A stretch of DNA of 53,740 nucleotides, taken from NCBI GenBank assembly GCA_037137535.1, contig JBAXKC010000019.1, positions 1-53,740 on the forward strand, in the 5' to 3' direction. This stretch comes from a bacterium (lineage in GTDB: Bacteria > Cyanobacteriota > Vampirovibrionia > Gastranaerophilales > JBAXKC01). Under the pieces are notes generated by a model. That model saw only the letters and a program-made list of their open reading frames with translations. It ran no database searches and was not told the origin of the DNA. Positions 40,045 through 49,981 of this stretch are shown here, in pieces (the stretch's first letter is position 1; the number at the start of each line of letters is the position of its first letter). The translations under genes and the position numbers were made by a program.

Positions 40045-40763
40045 TCAGATTTAGTCCATGTTTCTGCCATAGCTTTTGCTATGCCTGGAAATGTTTTGCT
40101 TCTCATTGTTCTTCTCTCTTCAGGTGATTTAGCTTTTGTAAAAGCATCAGAGTACCAAAGTGGCTGACTTTTACCACTTTTAAAAAGTTTCATTGGGCCT
40201 TTCCCAACCACTTTTGTTGGAATGAGTTTTGGTAAACCCTTAAGCCACAGGCATGTGGTTTTTGTGGCTTCGTCTCCAAACATATATGGTTGAACAATCT
40301 GATCAGGTTTTTTATATCTTGTACTAACAATTCCAATAGGATTTTCAATTGCAATTTTTTCAATATCATTTCTTTCTGCCAAAGCAATAAAAAAATCTAA
40401 AGCTTCTTCTCTGTCTTTAGCCCTGTTTGGATATCTTGGATGTGGTCTTCTTAATTCAATTGGCAGATCTCTGTCATCAGGATGATAATACCATTGTGCT
40501 CCACTTACAGAAAGATAGGTACATGGCGGATGAGCAATCATAATATCCCATTTTTCAACATTTACGAATTTGCCATTTTGAAGTTCCCCCCCTTTATTTT
40601 CGATTATTTCAAAAACATCAGCTTTAAAATGCCACTGGGGTCGCCTGCCACTGCAAGGCAGAAGATCACAGCTAAAAGCATTATGTTTAAGCTTTCGCAG
40701 TTCTTTAGTCACAGTCTGACTTTCTTCACAGGCAACAAGAATATTTAATTTTTTCTTTTTCAT
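40041..40763 (-). CDS. Short DNA cytosine-5 methyltransferase-like protein
   Basis: ILVACEES, IAHPPCTY (catalytic PC), IENP, RSKTFPGIA. Confidence 0.8.
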   Translation of the reverse strand: MKKKKLNILVACEESQTVTKELRKLKHNAFSCDLLPCSGRRPQWHFKADVFEIIENKGGELQNGKFVNVEKWDIMIAHPPCTYLSVSGAQWYYHPDDRDLPIELRRPHPRYPNRAKDREEALDFFIALAERNDIEKIAIENPIGIVSTRYKKPDQIVQPYMFGDEATKTTCLWLKGLPKLIPTKVVGKGPMKLFKSGKSQPLWYSDAFTKAKSPEERRTMRSKTFPGIAKAMAETWTKSD

Positions 40764-42001
40764 TTGACAGATATTTTTTTTGAAATAGCAAGGGCAATAT
40801 TTCTTGCCATTTCTGGTGGAACTGCATTTCCAATCATCTTAAAACAAAACCCCTGACTTCCCAGGAATTCATAGTCATCAGGGAATGATTGTAAAAGGGC
40901 AGCTTCTTTTACAGTTATTGACCTGGCCTGGTTAATATCGGGATGGATAAACATCAGTCCGTCTTTATACAGATGTGCCACAATTGTGGGTGAGGGTTTA
41001 TCCCACTCAAGGTTTCTGTATTTAGCGTGATTCGAACTTTTCCCAATCAGTTTGTTATAGAAAGAAATTTTTTCTTCAGACGAACTTTTATTCAGATTAT
41101 TTTTCAGCCATTTTCTGAAAATTTCAATATCCCTTGCATTGTGAAATCTGGATTCGTGATATTTAACTGACTGTTCACCTATTAACTGATGCGAAATGTT
41201 TTTCCCGCCATCTTTTATTGACTTTTTCAGTGGCCTGAATTCTGGTAAATGAAAAATCGCATCTTTTACAGTCCTTGGTTTTAACTTCTTAATCATCAGG
41301 TCAATTTCCTTATAAACTGACTCAAGATTCAATCCGGAAGATTTTTTTATGCCGATGATTATAACCCTGTTTCTTTTTTGTGGTACGCCAAGTTCTGAAG
41401 CAGTATAGATTGAATTTTTTAAAAGTTCCGGATTTCTAATTTCATATCCGATTTTTTTAAATGCGGAATATATTCTTTCGGTAACAGGTATATTTCCCGG
41501 ACAGGCACTCAATAAACCCGGAACATTTTCAAATACAAATATGCTGGGCTTAAACTCATTCACCACCTTAACAAAACTCTCAAAAAGATAATTCCTGTAA
41601 TCATCTTTCATGGAATTTTTATCCTGGGCTCTTCCGGCAATTGAATATGCCTGACAAGGTGGACCTCCAATTATAAGATCAACATCTTTATTTCCAATAA
41701 TACCCTTCAGCCCCTTTTTAACAACAGATTCATGGTTAGTCTTTGCATAAAGAGCCTCTGTATCATTATCCCATTTACCATTAATAAGTTCCTGAGTTTT
41801 CTGAATATCAAAATGAACAACCTGTTTAAATGCCTCGTCTATTTTGTGCTTCCATTTTTTTACAAGGCGGTCTCTTAAGGTATTCACCATCGGCATCTCC
41901 CATTCCACATGTGCAAGAGCCTCATATCTGCCGGTTTGCAGAAACCCTTCTGAAAGCCCTCCGCAGCCGGAGAACAAATCAATAAAAGTCAGTTTTTTCA
42001 T
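40760..42001 (-). CDS. dcm: DNA (cytosine-5)-methyltransferase
   Basis: DLFSGCGG, GGPPCQ, FENV, QKRNR, GNAV. Confidence 0.95.
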   Translation of the reverse strand: MKKLTFIDLFSGCGGLSEGFLQTGRYEALAHVEWEMPMVNTLRDRLVKKWKHKIDEAFKQVVHFDIQKTQELINGKWDNDTEALYAKTNHESVVKKGLKGIIGNKDVDLIIGGPPCQAYSIAGRAQDKNSMKDDYRNYLFESFVKVVNEFKPSIFVFENVPGLLSACPGNIPVTERIYSAFKKIGYEIRNPELLKNSIYTASELGVPQKRNRVIIIGIKKSSGLNLESVYKEIDLMIKKLKPRTVKDAIFHLPEFRPLKKSIKDGGKNISHQLIGEQSVKYHESRFHNARDIEIFRKWLKNNLNKSSSEEKISFYNKLIGKSSNHAKYRNLEWDKPSPTIVAHLYKDGLMFIHPDINQARSITVKEAALLQSFPDDYEFLGSQGFCFKMIGNAVPPEMARNIALAISKKISVK

Positions 42002-42189
42002 TTTCTTTCTTCAATTAAATCTTTTACTTCCACTTCGAGAATACGGGCTATCTGAAAAAGAATTTCCAACTTTGGTTGTTTTCTATTCTGGACATAAGCA
42101 TTAACCACATTATAGCTTTTGCCAAGCTTTTCTGCAAGCCAAGTTTGTTTGATTCCCTTTTGTTCTAAAACCAATTTTATTTTATTCAT
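41998..42189 (-). CDS. XRE/Cro-type HTH regulator (RM controller-like)
   Basis: MNKIKLVLEQKGIKQTWLAEKLGKS...QP; ATGA overlap with dcm. Confidence 0.9.
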   Translation of the reverse strand: MNKIKLVLEQKGIKQTWLAEKLGKSYNVVNAYVQNRKQPKLEILFQIARILEVEVKDLIEERK

Positions 42190-42438
42190 AAAGAGGTTTA
42201 CTAAATAATCAGTATAAATATATCTCATTAAACGATATAATTATAAATTATTCGTGCAAAATACTAAATATTTGAGTATATAATCGAAAATTATTTTTAG
42301 TTAAAATTCAGTAAAAAAGGAAGATATTTATTTCAGTTCTGTCATACTCTAGCTCATCTTTTCAAAAAGTTTACCACCTGCAGAAAATTTCTAGCAAAAT
42401 TCTGTGATATCTAGAGGATACCCCAAAATGTTTCCCTT

Positions 42439-43296
42439 TTATATTATAGTGTTTGCGATTTGTAAACAGTTCGTTCTTAATAACGTTAATTCTTCCAATC
42501 GGTAAGGGTTATTTGAAATATTAAAAAGGGGTTTATATTTTAGTATTAATTCGGTTTCAATGCTTTTAAAATCACCAGAATACTCAATCCAGTTTACGGT
42601 CAGGTTTTTGCTTATCCATCCCATAATATGTTTTTCGTCTGTATTAGAAAACTTATAATTGTACTTATTCTTCATTTTGTTTAATGATCCCTTCAGAGGC
42701 AGGAATCCAAGAACTGCACCAATACTTCGGAAAAAAGTTCCATGCCCTTTAGCTCCCAATTCCTGGTTTAATAATCTTTTATATAGATTTTGAGCAGCTA
42801 TTCCAATATATATTATGTTGTGAGCTCTCTCTTCTGCATATTTTTTAAATACTGGCGAAAGCTTATTAATATTTTTAATTCGTATACAATAGATTCCCGG
42901 CTTGTTTGGAACAAGATTCTCTATGGAAGGGATATTCTTAAATTCTTGTGGATTCATTAAACCCTTGTCAATATTCAAGCTTGAGTAATTGAATACAGGT
43001 TGTATTTCAACTTCTTTAGTATTACCTTTTTTTAAACTAGTAGATAAATCAAAACGCATCTTTTTCCCAAAAGCTGAAGAATACGGAATGACCCATGATG
43101 TTCCTTTTCCTCCTGGTTGGAATGCATACGGCAATTTTCCTTTTCGTAATAAATCCCGAAGCGGTTTCCCTGGCCTTATTTTATTATCTGGCAGTAAATT
43201 AGCTATCGTAAGAACCGAATTTGCTTCTACAGGATCAATGCTGCTTTTTCCTGTCTTTGTAAGATATTTGTCTAAATAATCTATTATAGATTTCAT
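42439..43296 (-). CDS. GIY-YIG nuclease domain protein
   Basis: PGIYCIR...IIYIG...LYKRL...IETELI...PLFN. Confidence 0.8.
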   Translation of the reverse strand: MKSIIDYLDKYLTKTGKSSIDPVEANSVLTIANLLPDNKIRPGKPLRDLLRKGKLPYAFQPGGKGTSWVIPYSSAFGKKMRFDLSTSLKKGNTKEVEIQPVFNYSSLNIDKGLMNPQEFKNIPSIENLVPNKPGIYCIRIKNINKLSPVFKKYAEERAHNIIYIGIAAQNLYKRLLNQELGAKGHGTFFRSIGAVLGFLPLKGSLNKMKNKYNYKFSNTDEKHIMGWISKNLTVNWIEYSGDFKSIETELILKYKPLFNISNNPYRLEELTLLRTNCLQIANTII

Positions 43297-43425
43297 TTTT
43301 CAGATAATTTAATTGCCATATTTCCAATTTCTTGATAAAAAATTGCTATTTCGTTAATATAATCTGGGTCAGAGAATTTAAAGAATGAATAATCAAGTAT
43401 GACACATGTTAAATCTTCAAAATAT

Positions 43426-43791
43426 TCAATTTTGATACCTTCCTTTTTCAATGTGGAAAATCCAGTCAAATTGACCCCCTAATACCATATTTACATAAAG
43501 TGCATACAATGCTTTTATTTCATCTGTTATCTCTGCTTTTCTGATTGTTGTTGTGAACGTCACACATTTACTTCGAATGTTCTGGGCCGATCTGCTTTCT
43601 TTAACATGGTTCACCAGCGTCCTCAGCCAGAAGACGTTACTGTATATAAAAGAATTGCCGTAATACTCATCTGGAGTATTCGTGGTGGTAAAGAGTTGAT
43701 CATCCATCCTGAAATAACCAAGGGCAAGAAATTCGTCAAGCATCTGGCCTTTAAAGCCATCTTTCCCTGGCTGGATAAAGTGTTCATTCAT
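43426..43791 (-). pseudogene. Truncated arginyl-tRNA-protein transferase (ATE/Bpt-like) N-terminal part
   Basis: LDEFLALGYFRM...WLR...ALYALY resembles ATE_N; the reading frame runs into an IS-like end at about 43486. Confidence 0.55.
43452..43486 (+). mobile_element. IS21-family terminal repeat-like remnant
   Basis: TGTGGAAAATCCAGTCAAATTGACCCCCTAATACC, with 5' TG and the CAAATTGACCCC unit typical of IS21 ends; no istAB nearby. Confidence 0.55.
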
Positions 43792-43792
43792 A

Positions 43793-44017
43793 TCAGTCTT
43801 TTTTCTTTGGGCTATAACTGAAAGCAATTGCAACAATAGCAGCTGAGATAATGCCTGCTATCAAAAATGTAAGCATTACTGTTTTTAGAAGAATCTGCAT
43901 TGTTAGTTTTAGCCAAGGCCGCTGGATTTTGTTTGTAATAGCATCAATGCCTCCTGCAAAGCTCTGGTATAAAAAAAGGCCGCAAAAAACTAATCCGATA
44001 AGTTCAATGTAAATCAT
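43793..44017 (-). CDS. Small 2-TM membrane protein
   Basis: 74 aa, two hydrophobic helices; preceded by a motif B promoter. Confidence 0.6.
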   Translation of the reverse strand: MIYIELIGLVFCGLFLYQSFAGGIDAITNKIQRPWLKLTMQILLKTVMLTFLIAGIISAAIVAIAFSYSPKKKD

Positions 44018-44031
44018 AGGCTAATTTGAAG

Positions 44032-44067
44032 CGAAATTAAACCTGCTGATTACCGTCTATTTATAAT
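44032..44067 (-). promoter_or_regulatory. Motif B operator plus -7 box
   Basis: Minus strand ATTATAAATAGACGGTAAT-N9-TAATTTCG. Confidence 0.6.
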
Positions 44068-44083
44068 GGAGAATTATTTATGA

Positions 44084-44578
44084 TTATGCATTAACTTCTT
44101 CTTCTTCACCACCAGCCTCAGTATCAATGAAACCTGTTTTGTACATCAATCTCTCTTCAAATATAAAATAGGGACTACGCTTTAATATCAAATTGTTTCC
44201 CTCGATTATAAAGAACGGTATTCCATCAGGATGTATATTTCGATACTCAAATAAACCATCAACCGCCGATTCAATCATTTCAGAATACATTTCCGGCTCA
44301 GCATAGTCTCCATTAATTTCTATTTCCTTTTGCATGAAAACTTCTGCATATATAATTTGAGATATCCAAGCCAGCAGCTTTTCAATGGCCCTTAGTTCCC
44401 CTATAGTGTAGGTGTAATCGCAACCGCCATATCCGATGTTATAACCTTTTTTAAAAATCTCATCAAGACAGGCTATAATGTTCGCAGAAGCTGTGTGCAT
44501 ATTGACGTCGGATGATGTCATTGCGATCCATGTTAGTTTGTTTAATTTGTCGACTAACGATAATATATTTTTTTTCAT
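44084..44578 (-). CDS. Hypothetical protein
   Basis: 164-aa ORF. Confidence 0.6.
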   Translation of the reverse strand: MKKNILSLVDKLNKLTWIAMTSSDVNMHTASANIIACLDEIFKKGYNIGYGGCDYTYTIGELRAIEKLLAWISQIIYAEVFMQKEIEINGDYAEPEMYSEMIESAVDGLFEYRNIHPDGIPFFIIEGNNLILKRSPYFIFEERLMYKTGFIDTEAGGEEEEVNA

Positions 44579-44625
44579 GTTTGTATTTTTAAAAATGATA
44601 ATTAATTAAATGGGTTTAAAACTTC

Positions 44626-44829
44626 TTAGCCTGTTACGCTACCCTGCTGTTTCTTATTTTCTTCTGCATGTTGATACGCATAATAAATAAGTACGCTAAC
44701 AACAATAAAGCCGGCAACTACTATCAAGATATCGGTACCGTTTATAGTTGATTTAGGTGCACTGAATTTCCGAATGGCAGCCTCCTGAGTTTCAAAGAAC
44801 TCAGGGGCAGGCCCATAAACTGTCATCAT
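44626..44829 (-). CDS. Small single-TM protein
   Basis: 67 aa; ATGA overlap with the upstream gene. Confidence 0.6.
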   Translation of the reverse strand: MMTVYGPAPEFFETQEAAIRKFSAPKSTINGTDILIVVAGFIVVSVLIYYAYQHAEENKKQQGSVTG

Positions 44830-45182
44830 GATTTTGCTATTTTATAGAGTGATTGTTTTACCAGCACAAGCTGGTATTTTACAAAAATTATGTTTGTAAG
44901 GTTATTTGACTTGTCGTAGTGGAAACGAAATGCATGGTCCATTATGATTCCATACTGCTTAAAGTTTTCGGAATGAAACAGGATGTTGGGGTTGCTTGAA
45001 TATTTTTCGAGCAGCTCATCTTGAGTCTTAAGATTTTTTGCGATTGATTGATATGGGGCATTCAATTTTGCCTGAATATCATTGTTGAAGCCATTACGGC
45101 ATTTAGAAGAGCAAAATATTTGGTCAATTCTGCTAGCATCGAAAAATTCCCCGCAAAAGGGGCATTGTTTTGTGTAGGTCAT
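44826..45182 (-). CDS. Zinc-finger hypothetical protein
   Basis: CPFC...FCSSKCR..FNN. Confidence 0.7.
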   Translation of the reverse strand: MTYTKQCPFCGEFFDASRIDQIFCSSKCRNGFNNDIQAKLNAPYQSIAKNLKTQDELLEKYSSNPNILFHSENFKQYGIIMDHAFRFHYDKSNNLTNIIFVKYQLVLVKQSLYKIAKS

Positions 45183-45490
45183 AATCGTTTATTTTTTGGT
45201 CTGAATATGTTTCTATTTTGATCAATGCATTTGATTTCATCTTTTATGATAAAGTCAAGAATATTTGACAGTCTGTAGTAAATTTTTCCGCCAGATTTTG
45301 AATAGGTTATCTTACCTCTTTTGCGGAGGTTTGCAGAGTGTCGGCTTGAAATTTTTAAGAATTTGCAAAAATCAAAATCATCAAGAATGACTTCGTTTGC
45401 AGGACGCTGCATTTGCAATAATTCGTTTTGGAGTTTTTTGAAAAACTCTTCGGCGGCAGGTAATTTAAAAAACTCTTCGGCGCTTTTCAT
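45179..45490 (-). CDS. HTH_17/excisionase-like DNA-binding protein
   Basis: ILDDFDFCKFLKISSR...LR..GKITYSKSGGKIYYR, typical of Bacteroidetes mobile-element HTH proteins. Confidence 0.82.
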   Translation of the reverse strand: MKSAEEFFKLPAAEEFFKKLQNELLQMQRPANEVILDDFDFCKFLKISSRHSANLRKRGKITYSKSGGKIYYRLSNILDFIIKDEIKCIDQNRNIFRPKNKRL

Positions 45491-45540
45491 ACTTTCTATT
45501 TAGGAACCGAAAGTATAAAAGGGTGGATTTAGGAAAGATT

Positions 45541-45570
45541 CATTTTGGGGAGAATATTCTCCCCAAAATG
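45541..45570. repeat. Perfect 30-bp palindrome
   Basis: CATTTTGGGGAGAAT/ATTCTCCCCAAAATG. Confidence 0.9.
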
Positions 45571-45586
45571 GCATTTAAAATCAAAA

Positions 45587-46435
45587 TTATTTATTACGAA
45601 GCTTTTTAAACTCGGCAGATATACTTTCTACGTTTTTGGAAAGTGTATCTAAAGCCTTAGCCGGGCTTAACCTTTTTAATACCTTATCCCTCATGCGGCC
45701 AAACGCTGGCGGTTTTAGCCCAAATAATTGAAATAGTAATTTTTCAAGCTGCTGTAATTCTTCTGTACTTAAATTAATAAACTCATTACGCACTTCTAAG
45801 CCCAATATAAATTCGTGCAATAAGTATTTTCCTTTCTCTTCATCCATTTGAAATTTGGAATACTTAAATGCATTGTATTCTAGATTATATAAATAGGAAT
45901 TAGATATATTTAAAAGTTCAGAAAAAATCTCCTGACGGATTACAAAAAATTCGCGCAATATATTATTTTGTTGAATCTTTATTTGGACATTGTTATAATC
46001 AACATTTTCATTACCATTTGAACATTTAACCTTTAATATATTTTTGGAAGCAAATGAAAATCTGTTATTTATATTATGTGCTTTTGAAAAAGTATCCAAT
46101 TTATAGAGTGCTTCTAGTACCTGTTTCTTTTTTGTGTCAAAGCTTAACGAAGTATCTTTTTGTAATGTTTTTATAAAATCTGCATAACGGCTGACAAATA
46201 AATTGCCACATGAAATGAGTATATAACTATCAAAATAATTCGTATCTACTAATCTCTCAATTTTTATGGTTTTACCACGATTGATTATCTGAGTTGTTGC
46301 TGCAAGCGTTCTAACGGTTTCGGGAATTAATAAGATTTCATTTATATAAAACAGTTCTTGACTGAGCCGAATAAAATCATTCAATATTGGGTTCTCCAGA
46401 ATGTCGAGTTCGTTTTTAGTTGATAAATAATCCAT
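45587..46435 (-). CDS. Hypothetical protein, possible RteC-like C-terminus
   Basis: LHEFILGL...LFQLFGL...KR.SPAKALDTL resembles RteC; lies upstream of the excisionase-like HTH. Confidence 0.45.
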   Translation of the reverse strand: MDYLSTKNELDILENPILNDFIRLSQELFYINEILLIPETVRTLAATTQIINRGKTIKIERLVDTNYFDSYILISCGNLFVSRYADFIKTLQKDTSLSFDTKKKQVLEALYKLDTFSKAHNINNRFSFASKNILKVKCSNGNENVDYNNVQIKIQQNNILREFFVIRQEIFSELLNISNSYLYNLEYNAFKYSKFQMDEEKGKYLLHEFILGLEVRNEFINLSTEELQQLEKLLFQLFGLKPPAFGRMRDKVLKRLSPAKALDTLSKNVESISAEFKKLRNK

Positions 46436-46553
46436 GGTAAATAAATTAATAATATTTGTTCACGATGCTTATCTAAATATAAATATTTATAAATGCTTAA
46501 CTTTTCAATCTTTTCATTTCTTGTCTCGTCAATTCTTTTATATAAAATATAAG

Positions 46554-47366
46554 TTAATCCATTCTTAGACTTGGAATTAATTTATTTGCATTTTCGTTTC
46601 CATAGAATTCAACTTCAATTACATGAATAAAGGACTGCTTCGTTTTTTTTGTTAATAAAGACAAGTCAAATAATTTTGTCTTCAAAATCCTTTTAAAAAT
46701 TACTCCCCATTTTGCAAGATCTAATTCCAGTTCATGTAATAAGTTTAACTTCTTTATTCTTTCTTGTAGTTCAATTTCACACAATCTTATATCATTGTTT
46801 ATTTTTTTAATTTTTTCATTTCCGGCAGCAATCTCTTTTTTATAATATTCAATCGCTTGACTCGAGATATTATAATTAAAATTCCTTTCGTACTGCTTTA
46901 TTTGTTTATCTGTTTCGAGTAATTTATCGATTAGATTATTAATTTCTGAATTATTCCTTCGCATTTCCTCATAAGTCTCTATAATTCTTGGTATAAATAA
47001 TTCTTCAAATTTGCCTTCACTATCTTCATATTTTAGGACAAATGAATTATCATTTAACTTAATTTCAACTTTCTCAAAATAATTTTCTATTTCACTATTT
47101 ATAACAACCCATAAAGAAAAAGTAAACTTTTTTAAAAGTAAAAGATTGTTGTTTTCAAAATATCGCATAAGTGCGATAGATTCTTCAGATTTATAATGAA
47201 GACCTTTTTCTGTAAAGCTACTCATATAACCTTTTGGAAATTGTGCTAACAAACAATCTGAAATTATTTTATACAATCCTAATACATTATTTTTCCAGAA
47301 AAAATTTGACCATTCTTCATCGCTTTCCCAATTACTTGGTTTGTTGTAGGGATCAAAAATTAGCAT
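46554..47366 (-). CDS. Hypothetical coiled-coil protein
   Basis: 270-aa ORF. Confidence 0.65.
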   Translation of the reverse strand: MLIFDPYNKPSNWESDEEWSNFFWKNNVLGLYKIISDCLLAQFPKGYMSSFTEKGLHYKSEESIALMRYFENNNLLLLKKFTFSLWVVINSEIENYFEKVEIKLNDNSFVLKYEDSEGKFEELFIPRIIETYEEMRRNNSEINNLIDKLLETDKQIKQYERNFNYNISSQAIEYYKKEIAAGNEKIKKINNDIRLCEIELQERIKKLNLLHELELDLAKWGVIFKRILKTKLFDLSLLTKKTKQSFIHVIEVEFYGNENANKLIPSLRMD

Positions 47367-47499
47367 AACATAAAATTTTTAAATAAGTAATCTAATTAAA
47401 GTTAATTTAATTTGCGTGACAAGAAAAAAGTATAAAACAAAAGCATTAATTTATTGTCTAAAAAACGATCTTAATTTTTCTGGTACAATTATTAATCAT

Positions 47500-47964
47500 C
47501 TAACCTTCATTAATTAAGTTCCAGGCATCATCCCATTTATTCTCATCTACTAGTTTCTCCATTTGTTCTACAGTTTGAGTATCAAACCAAAAAGACCATA
47601 CCGCATAGCTTGTAAAGTAATTTCTGTTCAAGGCAATAAAATCCCAAGTTGCCCCAAAACTAAATTTCCTATCGGGAGAATAATACTTATCGCAACTTCC
47701 AATCTTAATTAGTTTATATGGTGTTACATCACATAGAAACCTTTCTGGAGTTACAATTACTTTGTCTACCGATACAATCATGTTTAGTCTTTCCCGATAA
47801 ATAATTTTCTGGTCCATCAAACCTTGAATAATTGGTGAAAACAGTTCATAACGAAGTTTTCTATCGCCAGGGTATGTTCTTAGTTCAGTGCTGCTATAAC
47901 CATTATGTACGTACTTTAGGTAGGCAATTGTATTTTCCTTATCTATCTTAAATTCTTTTTTCAT
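47500..47964 (-). CDS. Hypothetical protein
   Basis: 154-aa ORF preceded by motif C. Confidence 0.65.
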   Translation of the reverse strand: MKKEFKIDKENTIAYLKYVHNGYSSTELRTYPGDRKLRYELFSPIIQGLMDQKIIYRERLNMIVSVDKVIVTPERFLCDVTPYKLIKIGSCDKYYSPDRKFSFGATWDFIALNRNYFTSYAVWSFWFDTQTVEQMEKLVDENKWDDAWNLINEG

Positions 47965-47983
47965 TTTAGATGTTTTTGTAAAA

Positions 47984-48091
47984 TAAATCTAAAAAAGCAT
48001 TCCTTACTGAATTGGAGGATTGAATCAGAAATATAAAAAATTTGATGATTTCTATTCCTCCAATACATTGTGGTCTTCCTATTTATGTTTA
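47984..48091. promoter_or_regulatory. Divergent promoter pair, each with motif C
   Basis: Minus: TCCTCCAATTCAGTAAGGAAT-N7-TAGATTTA. Plus: TCCTCCAATACATTGTGGTCT-N7-TATGTTTA. Confidence 0.5.
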
Positions 48092-48110
48092 ATGCATAAT
48101 TAAGGATACT

Positions 48111-48797
48111 ATGATTTATACGCTACCACTTGCTGATGTATTATTAAAAGAAACCATTTTAGAAAATCACTTTCATTCAAATTTTGAAGGTTGGGAGATA
48201 ATTGATAATGAAGCTGAAAAGAGCTTTGTTAAAGATAGCTATTATTGGATGGAGAATAAAACGGAGAATCGTTGGATGTTCTATCACAAAAAGATGCCTG
48301 TTAAGATGGGTGAGAACTTCATAATCAATGCAGAGATTGAATTAATTAACGATCAGGGATATGGACAGTTTGGATTGGTTTGGGGATTTGATAAGATACA
48401 TGAAGTAGTTAGTAGGTTTACTGTTTCTGTTGATTCAAATCGATTTTCTATTTGCAAATTTCAAAAAGATCACTACAAAATGTTCCACCGCTTTACTAGT
48501 GGCTTTAGCAAGGATATCAATTCAAAAAATAAGCAATTCTTTTCCATAATGTTATTGGATGATTATTATTATTTTTTTGTAAATCAAAATGAAAGGCCAA
48601 TATATATTTGTCATAAATCGCAAATGCCGATGGAAGGAAATAGGTTTGGATTTTATATAGAACCAGGGATCATCATGCGTTGTGATAAAATATCTGTCAA
48701 ACGCATTATAACCAATAGGAACTTTGATGGAAAAGTTTGGATGCCAGTTGATGAAAATTTAATGCCTTTGGGATGTGAATTATTGCACGGAAATTAA
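48111..48797 (+). CDS. Hypothetical protein, probable beta-sandwich (ConA-like)
   Basis: Alternating beta pattern, FGLVWG, YYFFVN, FGF. Confidence 0.6.
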   Translation: MIYTLPLADVLLKETILENHFHSNFEGWEIIDNEAEKSFVKDSYYWMENKTENRWMFYHKKMPVKMGENFIINAEIELINDQGYGQFGLVWGFDKIHEVVSRFTVSVDSNRFSICKFQKDHYKMFHRFTSGFSKDINSKNKQFFSIMLLDDYYYFFVNQNERPIYICHKSQMPMEGNRFGFYIEPGIIMRCDKISVKRIITNRNFDGKVWMPVDENLMPLGCELLHGN

Positions 48798-48821
48798 AAA
48801 ATTATATTGCCTACTATTTTC

Positions 48822-49829
48822 TTATTGATAGTTTGTTAGCATGCTTTCAACCAGTCCCTTTATCTTTTTTCTTAATGAAGCCGGTTTTAAAACAGTGCAA
48901 TAATGGCCATACCCCAATAAGCGTAAATAGAATTCTTCATTCACCATTACTTCTAGTTGAATAGTAATCTCCTCATTTGTTTGGTTGATTAATTTTTGAG
49001 ACTGGTGTATAGGCTCCAATAAAACTAATTCACTGATTGGGTTTTTGATTCTCAGTATAATTGGTGTAGGTTGATTGTTATTTTCCATGATGCCAGTAGT
49101 GAATTGAAACATATCCTGAGCATTAAAATCAAATTTGAATTGTTGCATTATTTCAATCATGTCTAATTCTTTAATTCGATCTAAACCGAATGTGAGGTAT
49201 TTCGATTTCTCAATACTCCAACCAATTAAGTACCACCTGTTTCTATACTCTTTTAATAAATAAGGAACTAATTGGTATTTCTTAACTTCTTTTTTATAAA
49301 TATTGTGATAGGTAATAGAAACACCAAATTTGTTCTGGATGGCTTCATAAATTATTTGTATCCATTCGTAACCCTTTGTGTCAACCGGCCTTTCAAATTG
49401 TACCATTTCATATATGATTGCTTCACTAGCATCAAATCCAAGTGAAAACCTGGAGTTTATTCTTTCAATCGCAGATTTAAAATTTGCAAAAATGGGCACC
49501 TCTTTATATTGATACAATAGCTTAGCTGCAAAATCTAATGCCTCCCATTCAATATCTTCTAAATTCAAATCAGCTATGGAGAATCCCTGTTCGCCATACA
49601 CATAACCCTTTCTGGTTTTGTCGTATTTAATAGGCGCATCAAATCCTAGGGGGGTACGCTTTTTCATTTGACTTAGATCCTTTTCAATAGTAGAAGTTGA
49701 AACATCACTACCTATAACCTGAGAACACTTTTCAGCTAAGTCCTGTAAAGTTGGGAATGGCCTTCTCTTATTATTGAGACACTGATCAATTACTCTGAAA
49801 CGGATGGCTGCGGATTTATTCTTTGGCAT
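48822..49829 (-). CDS. WYL domain transcriptional regulator 3 (paralog of WYL2)
   Basis: IRFRVIDQCL, PYLLKEYRNRWYL, FGLDRI, PIHQSQ. Confidence 0.93.
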   Translation of the reverse strand: MPKNKSAAIRFRVIDQCLNNKRRPFPTLQDLAEKCSQVIGSDVSTSTIEKDLSQMKKRTPLGFDAPIKYDKTRKGYVYGEQGFSIADLNLEDIEWEALDFAAKLLYQYKEVPIFANFKSAIERINSRFSLGFDASEAIIYEMVQFERPVDTKGYEWIQIIYEAIQNKFGVSITYHNIYKKEVKKYQLVPYLLKEYRNRWYLIGWSIEKSKYLTFGLDRIKELDMIEIMQQFKFDFNAQDMFQFTTGIMENNNQPTPIILRIKNPISELVLLEPIHQSQKLINQTNEEITIQLEVMVNEEFYLRLLGYGHYCTVLKPASLRKKIKGLVESMLTNYQ

Positions 49830-49981
49830 ACTATAAAATTATAAAAGGGATTAAAAAGGCCGTAATTGATAAACCTTCAATTCGTACCCTCTCAATCCCA
49901 TTATTGCTAATATATTGAGTGCTTAAAAGCAAACTCTAATCACTTAGTACTTCAAAAATAACAAAAATAAAGAATATTTAG

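Noticed and set aside
45441-45482. AAAAACTCTTCGGCG repeated twice (AEEFFK x2)
   Set aside because: Small in-frame duplication in the HTH N-terminus with no evident function.
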